Positions 55,358 through 64,000 of a stretch of DNA of 64,000 nucleotides are shown one piece after another. This DNA comes from Eledone cirrhosa (Eukaryota): the NCBI GenBank assembly GCA_964016885.1, contig OZ024742.1:144398001-144462000 (forward strand), written 5' to 3'. The stretch's first letter is position 1. Each line of letters opens with the position of its first letter. Below the pieces are notes generated by a model. It searched no databases. It worked only from the letters and a program-made list of their open reading frames with translations, and had not been told where the DNA came from. The position numbers and the translations under genes were made by a program.

Positions 55358-58300
55358 TTTCTCTTTCTCTTAATTTCGAGTATATTTTTTTGACCGGCCA
55401 CCTTCCTGGTGGCAAGGTTGTAAAAGAAAAGAAATTGTCATCCCTTGAATCGCAAGAATGTTTTGCATATTTTGAAGGTGCCAGCTATCGCAGCCATTTG
55501 TAGACTATGAATTAGGGAGCTGCGCTTTTTGTCCGCAAATCCAAGTTCGGTCATACTTTGGTCCAAGCGGGTTGGTATATAACCCGTAGCACCAATAATG
55601 ATGGGTATGAAGCTAAAGGTGTATCTTGGATACTGGATTTGTAAGCTCCTCATCAATGGTCCGTAGATGTCCTCCTTCTCCTGTATTTTTCTGACAACGT
55701 TTACATCAAGTAGGCAGCTGATCTCCACAACAGAATACGTTTTCAATGTGTGGTCCCAAACTACAATATCAGGCCGGTTGTGCTTTAATTTGGTGGCAGT
55801 TTTTATTTTCAGGTTCCACCAGTATTCCTTAGTGCCATCTGTCTCAATATATTCTTCCTCGTTTGTTGTTAATTTTGTTTTCCGAAGTGCGTTCCAGATA
55901 GTTCTAGCTATCCCATCGTGTCTCATGGGGAGGTAGTAGCGAGATGACATCCTTTCGCAGCTGGCAACAATGTGGCTTACATCCTCGATCTTTGTTTTAC
56001 ATAGCCTACATTTATTGTCAGCTGCTGGCCCTCCTCTTTTGTGCAGCAGATATTTGGTAGGGAGTTCTTGTTCCTGTATTGCATAGAGATATCCCTCAAG
56101 GTGTGATGTCATAAACTTGTCGGAACTCCATGCCAGGCTTTTTGAGTGGTTTATCCCCTCTATGGTCTGTGTTTTACGCCTCAAGTATCCATGCACAACT
56201 TTCTCTGTAAATTGGTCAATTTTTTTTTCTTGTTTGAACATTGAATAGGATCTTCCGATTTCTCTGGGTGAGAGATTTATATCAGGCTTTATTCCATATC
56301 TCTCCTCCAGATCAGTCGCTATTCTAATGATATTTCTTTTTTCATGCTCATAAACCTGAGCAAGATGGTCGCCAACCTTTTTCCTCTGTTGAAGGTGTTG
56401 CTTCAGTGTTACTATCCGGGTCTCATATGTTGTTAATATTGATTTTAGACCCCGGCCACCTTCCTTGCGTGAGAAGTATAGCCTATCCACATCACCATTG
56501 ATGTTAAAGTTCCCAGTAACACTGAGAAGTTTACGAGTTCTAACATCCATCTCACTTAGTTCTTGCAATGACCAGTTCAGTAGGCCAAATGTTGGCGTTA
56601 GAATTGGCACAGCATAGGTATTGTGGGCAATGTATTTGCTGTATGCTGACAGTTCTGATGACCATATTTTTTTTACTCTTCTGAGGTATTCAGTTCTGGT
56701 TCTCTCCTTATTTATGGGTCCATCATATCTGACATTCTCATCCTGTCCAAGATATCTGTAGTTGTCACCTGACTGCAGGGGTTGTATTGTCAGGCCGTTC
56801 ATATCTAGATTTCTAGAGGAGGGCACAGCTCTTCCACGTTTTACTGCCAAATATGCACACTTGGACTCACCAAATTTCATTTTGATGTCGGTTGAAAATT
56901 GTGTAATGAGGTCCAATTGTTTCTTGATGTCATTGATATTTGGCCCATACAACTTCAGGTCATCAACAAAGAAAAGATGGGAGATACTTCTGGGCCCACT
57001 TCTTTGTCCACCTTGTTTCCTGAGTAGGTAAGATAGTGGATTCAGTGAGAGAACGAAGAGTAGTACTGACAAGCTATCACCCTGAAAGATGCCCTTCTGG
57101 TAATGTATCCTATCAGTCTTAACCTGCTCCTTCTCACCTCTAAGGATCAAATTGGTGTACCAGTTCTTGGTCAGGCGTTCAACAGCAGATACTAATGGTT
57201 GTGGGACTTTAGCTAACTGTAAAGCCTTAATAATCCACCCATGAGGTACACTATCAAATGCTTTTTGATAGTCCAGCCACACGACAGTCATGTTTCTGCG
57301 ATTCTTTGTTGTTTTTTCCTGAATCATTTTGTTAGTTAGTAGGTGATCTATGCAACCCCACACCTCCCTCTTTCCACCAGCTTGCTCAGGTGTTATGATG
57401 TTGTTGGTAGCACAGTGATCCTGTAAGAACAGGTTAAGGCACCCAGTATATAATTTATACATGATGTTTTGGCAGGCAATTGGGCGGTAATTTTTAGCAA
57501 GGGTGGTTTGGCTATTTTTGGGAATGAGGAGAGTAGTGGCAGTTGATAACCATCTGGGCAGTTCTTGTGTGCCCTTAATGGTTTCTGTAAACAGCCGTAT
57601 GAGATCTTGCCGATAGAAAGTGAAATTCTTCAACCAGTATCCTGTAATGAGGTCTGGGCCTGGCGATTTCCTATTCGACATTTTCTGTAGAGCTGTTTCC
57701 AGTATTGACCCATCTATGTCATATTGTTTTGTCTGGACATGTTGGCAGTAGTCCTGTTCCAGTTGTTTTAGCCAATTAGCTTGTCTGTTGAATCCGTCAT
57801 CCGTTTCCCATACAGATCTCCAGTAGTTCTCAACCTGTTCTTTTGAAGGGGTGTCGTTTACAGGGATTGAGCTTTTGCCACCGAAGCTGCGATAAACTGA
57901 TTTAGGATCTCTGGCAAACAATCTATTTAGCACTTGTCGTTTATGGGCTGTTGACTTATATTTTAGTCTTTCTGTTGTAGCTGTGAGTTGTTGTTTCAAC
58001 TGGTGTAATTTGGAGTTCAAAGTTTTAAATTTGGTATCTCCAAATCGTCTCTCTAACTTTTTCTTTAGGTCTTCCTGGTGTCGTGTGAAGTTTCTCTCTA
58101 TGTTGCATTTCATAACGACTGCGATGTGTGAGATACTTCGTCTCAGGGACAAAATTTTGGTTTTTAAATTTCGCATCCACGCTGGTTCAGGCTTTCTGTT
58201 TGTATCTTGATTGCGTGGTTTTAGATGTGTGTTATATGATAGCAATGTGACAGCTGAAACATATAACAAAACATTGAGCGTTTCAAATGTCGTTTCTACA

Positions 58301-58430
58301 CCTTTAGATCGTATAGCCTTCAGATAATTGCCAGCTATTTCGTTCACCGCTTCCAATTCCAATTTAGTGGGTTCTTTACTGACTCTAGTGTTGTATGGTC
58401 TGTCACTCACATTAAGGCTGTGTATCTCTT
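55358..58430 (-). mobile_element. R4/Dong-clade non-LTR retrotransposon, 5'-truncated, young
   Basis: Uninterrupted ORF plus 80-bp 3' UTR between two (TATG)n tracts. Confidence 0.93.
55438..58430 (-). CDS. Reverse transcriptase, CCHC finger and restriction-like endonuclease (~1000 aa, N-terminally truncated)
   Basis: KSPGPD, NYRPIAC, LDYQKAFDSVPH, GIFQGDSLS, FFVDDLKLY, YRYLG, CRLC..HIVASC, RHD, RPDIVVWD..VVEISC..K; the first ~27 aa of the ORF-track call are microsatellite read-through. Confidence 0.93.
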
Positions 58431-58502
58431 GTATGTATGTATGTATGTATGTATGTATGTATGTATGTATGTATGTATGTATGTATGTATGTATGTATGT
58501 AT

Positions 58503-59080
58503 CCCAGTACAACCTGTCCCATGGTCGGGTCGTTGGCGACTAAACTGGCAACCCCACCAAGGTTTCTTGGTGAGGAGGGTGACTTTGGACATCCTGCAGG
58601 ACTAAAAACAAAACCTGTCAAAGGGCAAAGGAGCTCGTAAGAGTCAATGGCCATCCAAAATCACCGGGAGAGATGACCCCTTAGCCTTTGTCAAGGCAGA
58701 ATTCTAGGAGAAGGAAAACTCTGAGAAAACACCTGCAACCCTGATGGTATCCAATGATGTTGACTTGTTCTTCTTTTTGGTAAATATCATCTTGGTTAAG
58801 AGAGTGGGACTGGCTTTGTGCAGTGCCTTTACTCACTATAAAAGCTTCACGGCACAGGCATTGCTTTATATCTGGAGATCTCTCTGCACTTGTCGTCACA
58901 TGGTACCATGGGCCCAGCACTATGTGCCAATAATTGTCACAAGTGCAGTGTTTGTACCAGAGTTTTCAAGTCGCTGGCTGGACTAAAAAGTCACACTCGT
59001 TCAGCGCATCGGTAGGAGTTCTCCTACATGGATATAAAGTAGTGGCCGTACTCGAAAACGAGTTGGCAGCCACCACCATG
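58503..59080 (+). mobile_element. Bipartite RTE-derived element, copy 3
   Basis: Same 5' block; 3' HKCSVCTRVFKSLAGLKSHTRSAHR*, hairpin actcg-aaaa-cgagt, (TATG)n tail. Confidence 0.62.
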
Positions 59081-59094
59081 TATGTATGTATGTA

Positions 59095-59520
59095 TATTCA
59101 CTCTTTCTCTTAATTTTGAGTTTATGTTTGATCGGCCACCTTCCCGTTACCAATGCTGTAAAGAAAGAAAATTGTCGTCGTCTCTTATGTAAGTATTCAT
59201 CCTTTGAATCGTAAGAATGATTTACAAATCTTGAAGGTTCCATATATTGCAGCTATTTGTAGCTTACGAATTAAGGGGCAACGTTCTTTCTCCAAGAATT
59301 GAAGATCAGCTATTATTCGGTCCAGTGGGGTTAGTATATAACCTATAGATCCAATAATGAAAAGAATGAAGCTGAATTTGTATCTTGGATATTGAATCTG
59401 CAAATCCTCATCAATTGGCTGTAGATATCCTCCTTCGTTTGAATTCATATCACATTGACATCAAGTGGGTAGCTGACTACTACAACAGAGCATGTTTTAA
59501 ATATGTGGTTCCAAAGAACA
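59095..59520 (-). mobile_element. 3' fragment of a Dong copy related to the 55.4-kb element
   Basis: LQIQYPRYKFSFI..GTFKICKSFLRFKG* and matching 3' UTR; abuts (TATG)n. Confidence 0.85.
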
Positions 59521-59539
59521 ATCTGAAATTGTATGTATG

Positions 59540-59970
59540 TATCTTGATTATTGGAAATTATTGGAAAACGTTGATTATTGGTATTGTAATTTCTGTCACT
59601 GTGTCCTTCTCTCTAAAGCCGACTTTTTAAATCATATGAAAAACGCATGTACAGACAATGACACATGCAGATTATGTTGCAAATCTCCCTGCATCCCCAG
59701 ATGTGACTACTTGTCAAATTTCTGGCAAGATATGTAAGATAACCTGCGGATTAAAACACCATATGAAGGTTCTTCAACATTAAATTCCACATCCTGATCC
59801 AATAAACCAAGTACATACATTGGCATAGATCTGTTACTTGTGCCAAAGACTTTGTAAATCAGGTGTTGGATTGAAAAGTCACTTCCGTGCTCATGAGAGG
59901 GTGTAAGCTTGTTGGAGGGATGGAGATGATGTTGAGATTATCATCTGACAAGATGAAACAATCATCATGA
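59540..59970 (+). mobile_element. RTE 3' fragment with C2H2-like fingers
   Basis: CYLCQRLCKSGVGLKSHFRAH; hairpin tcatct/agatga then ATGT tail. Confidence 0.55.
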
Positions 59971-60039
59971 ATGTATGTATGTATGCATGTCAGGTTAGAT
60001 TACCCGTAAAACTTTGTTAATAAAACCAAATGCTTTCAT

Positions 60040-61650
60040 GACAGCTTGAAGGTTTGGGCAAATATTCTCAACATAGTCCCTGGAATATTGGTGTGGTGGT
60101 TTTCAAAATAATTGGGCAGCTTTAATTAAATTTTCAGTACCCACCATGTAGTTTCCAGTTATTGTCTTCCTGTTTCTTCTACAACAACTACAACGGTACG
60201 CGATGGGGCCCACCCACAGTCCCGACGGACAGAATGGAGATATTGGTGGTATCATTTCAGAGCCAATCAAAGTTAAAAATAGTGTTAAGCAGGGTGATCT
60301 CATGGCTTCTACTCTTTTCTATATATATTTCTCTGTTTGATGCCTTTAGGGATTCTATTGAAGGAATTCTCATCAGATATCGCTCCCATGGAAAACTTTT
60401 CAACTCCAGCCGCTTTGCTGCAAATATTAAAGTCATCCAAACTCTCATTCACGAACCTCTTTACGCTGATGATTGCGATCTAGCTGTCCACTCACTCGCA
60501 GATATGCACAACGTCATGAATAGAATATCTTGTTCATGTAAAGCCTTTGTATTAACCCTGGTAATGTTTAAACCTGCATTGGCTGGGATCTCCTTATATT
60601 GAACCATCCATTTTCGTAAATGTTAAAAAAAACTCAAAGTAGTCTATAAGTTTCCTATCTGGGAAGAATCATTAACTAGTATTTGCTCATTAGATGATGA
60701 ATAGCTTCCCTTATCAAAAAAGCAAGCAATTCTTCCTCATGTCTTAGGGCGCGTCTTTGGGGCCGGAATGGAGTTAGAAAAGAGATAAATATTATAGTAT
60801 ACAATGCACGTGTTCTGTCTATTCACTTATATTCCTGTGAGATCTGGGTTGTCTATAGTAGGCACATTAAAATCCTCGAACGATTTCACCAGCGTTTCCT
60901 GCGTGATATTCTCGGAATTCACTTGAATACACACACAACACTGAACTATTACAAAGTACAGGTTCCGTGAGCATTGAAGCTTACATCCACAAAACCCGAC
61001 TCCAAAGGGCAGTATTAGATCTGACGTCAGCAGAATCCGAAAGCAAGTTCTTTATGGCGAGTTGATACCTGGGGCAAGACCACAGCACAAACCAAAGCTG
61101 CCTGTCAAAGATTGTGTGAAAGACTCCTTAATACAGTGCAAAATCGATTCATCTCACTGGGAGATCATAGCATTAGATAGAAACAAATGGCACACTGGTA
61201 TATTTAATAGTGTAAGACATTTTCAGAAATCTGCTTCGGAATGGGCTAGCATTAAATGTGAAGAGAAGAAAGGTCGGTCTGTGGAGATCTCTGAACTTCA
61301 GTTTATATGTGGGTGGATATGTCCGTCAAAACCTGGCCATACAAGTCACCTACGTAAGCATGAAGAAATGCCAAAGGTCATATGCGACCAATTCCTTGCA
61401 GCCAATATGACATGAGGTACATATCGCTGAGAATTTTCAAATAAGTCAGGACTTACAAGGCATTCAAGAACATATATTCGTGGTCCAGATCAGACTAAAG
61501 AGCCGAATGATGTAAGGAGTGAATTCCATTGCATTTTGTGCAACAAACTATGCAAGTCTTTAACAGGCTTTAAAAGCCACTATAGGGCTCAAAACCAGTG
61601 ATATATATTATTTGTCAATGATGATCTTACTCATCTAACGAGATGACGGC
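60040..61650 (+). mobile_element. Decayed RTE (BovB-like) LINE
   Basis: VKQGD, LFSIY..EGILIRYRSHGKLFN, LYADDCDL, LYGEL.PGARPQ, ALDRNKW, terminal CxxC..KS..G.KSH fingers; many frameshifts. Confidence 0.85.
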
Positions 61651-61678
61651 TATATATTGATATATGTGTATATTTATA

Positions 61679-61779
61679 CTGGGTATCCGACCAAAAATGT
61701 ATACACACTTTGATTACCTGTACAGGCAATATTTACCAGAATGCTGTTGAAGTGTGTATACATTTTTTGGGACACCCTA
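61679..61779. mobile_element. Tc1/mariner-type MITE (~100 bp)
   Basis: TIRs gggt..aaaaatgtatacacactt / aagtgtgtatacattttt..accc; TA flanks. Confidence 0.7.
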
Positions 61780-62031
61780 TATATATATATATATATATAA
61801 GCACAATAACAACAAACACATATAAACACACACTAGTAAAGATAGAATACATTAACCGATACAGAGTCACCCAATCACGAACACACATCAAACAAAACAC
61901 TATACTCACACGCAAACGCAGGCGTAAAGAAGACAAAATAAAATAAACAAACAAACAAATAAATAAATAAATATATAAACAGACTAAATAAAGATGGCGT
62001 AGACATACAATGTAACGGGAGGAAACAATAG

Positions 62032-62075
62032 TACCACTGACGATGTTGCAGTTGTGCAACGAAAGAACTTTGATA
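62032..62075 (+). ncRNA. Minimal hammerhead motif (family F), slightly decayed
   Basis: tacca-CTGACGA-t gttgca gttg tgcaac-GAAA-gaac-TT-tgata; within a 480-bp island bounded by (TA)n. Confidence 0.5.
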
Positions 62076-62275
62076 AACTATATATATGTGTTTGTGTCTA
62101 TATTGTATCTGTATTATCTTTGACCGTTGGTCAGTCAATGGCAACATTGAGGACCGAATAAATTAGATTACCGATATAAAAGACACAGAAGCGAAAAGCG
62201 AAAACCAACCAAACAGTGAGTGTGTTCTGTTATTAATTCTGGCAATATTACACAAATATGACCCTCCCCAAGTAT

Positions 62276-62346
<71 letters not shown>

Positions 62347-62445
62347 TCATATGGAAACCTGCCGTATCAATGTAACATATATGAGCTTACTGGTACGAAC
62401 GACCTTTTGGAACGTAACTCGTTTGTAAGTTGAGGACTTACTGTA

Positions 62446-62851
62446 CAGGGTGGTCCGAAAGACTTGTCACCCCTACATATTGTTGTAACTTTCATTATTT
62501 TTTGTTTTAATAATATAATATATAATATCATTAATTATAATATATAATTATGAAGGAGAGAGTTTCACATGAACGATACCAGAATAGCCAACAGTTGAAG
62601 GACTCTGTTCGGGCAGCCTTTGCAACAATCATCAAAGCACAGCTTCGTAAAATATCACACAGGACATGGTGCCGCATCATTTTGTGCCACGAAAATGATG
62701 GTGTTCATACAGACCTTCTCAATGGGTAACAGCGTCAATGAAAGTGAATAAACTGAATCCAGTAAATGTGCTTTGTATCACTGTATTACTTGTTCTTCTA
62801 TTGTTCTCATTACTTTTTGGTAGGGGGTGACAAGACTTTCGGACCACCCTG
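62446..62851 (+). mobile_element. Non-autonomous Tc1/mariner element
   Basis: TIR cagggtggtccgaaag.cttgtcacccc at both ends, TA TSD; 62550-62729 encodes the transposase C-terminus MKERV..LKDSVRAAF..RIILCHENDGVH. Confidence 0.85.
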
Positions 62852-64000
62852 TATATTAAAATTTACTACCAATATACAGATTAATACGTCTTTTCGTGAT
62901 TACTATTACATTTACAAGACATTATTCGGTCAATAGTTACGTATTTCCTTTGGATTGTTTGATGTACATATCCATCTACATATCCATATTCTCTGATAAG
63001 GATTTAAATCTATTAAAAATATTCATCAGTTTTTTCAATTTACGGAGAATATGTAAATTTGATATGTGAAATTAAATGTGTATATTTATATAGACATTTA
63101 CACAGTCTCGGTTAAACTCTGTACTGTATATATATACAGATATACATAACAGTTCTGGGACTCTTTTGCCACCATCGACAATAGGGCAATGTTCAACAAT
63201 TTGTTTCCGGGTCCTTGAAGGTTAAATTTTATTCGTTACATAGTACGTCTGCTAGTGTATGTATGTGTGTGCATGTTTTATTTTTCATTCATAAATTCAA
63301 AAAAATGTATTATGCAGAAGAGGTAGAGAATTCAACTTAAGTTAGATGCTTATATATCTGCTTGAAAACGCTTTTTCTCTACTGAATTATCATATTCTAT
63401 AAGCAGTTCTGTTTAACATTTCCTTCATACTATATCGGATGGAAAACAGAGTTGCAGTTTATAGTTTTCCATCAGATGTATGTAAACACTTACACACACA
63501 AACATACACGCATACACACACATAGACATATACCCCCCCCCCCCATATAAATATATATATATATATACACGCACATATACATGTATATAAGTATATGTGT
63601 GTTTCTGCATTATAGATTTATGTATTATTAGAATGTATGTTTATGGGGATTTACACACACGCACATACGTATATATATTCATGCATACGGTCACGCAAAC
63701 ACACACACTACATTGGAAAATATTTTGAAATCACCATGTAAGATTGATCGCTATGCTTTGCTAGATATAGACTGAATGTATTATTCAGAACTAAAAAGTA
63801 CTTCAGCATTGAACAACACCTAATCCGATTCGGTACTATCTTTGTATTGTTTCCTTCATATAGATTGCTACACGTAGAACAACCAATGTTTCGACCAAAT
63901 TGCTACAAAATCAATTTATAATCTTCGACGGATTATCTCTAGTCCTTTGCTCATCACTCTGTTGCATAAGATAAAATCCGTATCTTCGCAGTTTTTACCC

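Noticed and set aside
58431-58512. Apparent N-terminus MYWDTYIHTYIHT of the 1024-aa ORF
   Set aside because: Read-through of the target microsatellite and neighbouring element; not part of the Dong protein.

Overview
AT-rich eukaryotic DNA saturated with microsatellites. The repeat make-up (Nin-type tRNA SINEs, R4/Dong, RTE, Tx1, CRE and Penelope-like elements) suggests a cephalopod such as Octopus; this is an inference. Most ORFs in the track are microsatellite read-through. One probable host gene is supported: five GT-AG, phase-compatible coding exons on the minus strand (3314 to 666) encoding a 168-aa signal-peptide protein. A near-intact 5'-truncated R4/Dong ORF lies at 55.4-58.4 kb, with decayed relatives elsewhere. 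Also present are two convergent Tx1 fragments in (GATA)n, RTE fragments and bipartite RTE derivatives with (TATG)n tails, a non-autonomous LTR element, a Gypsy gag relic, Tc1/mariner MITEs and about 20 SINE copies. The main unexplained structure is a recurring set of (TA)n-anchored fold-back elements. Their outward-facing inverted arms often carry minimal type I hammerhead ribozyme motifs from at least five sequence families, and one arm usually has an extra 30-135 bp tail. They look like mostly non-coding Penelope-derived, retrozyme-like elements. All coordinates and alignments were read by eye and nothing was computed or searched.
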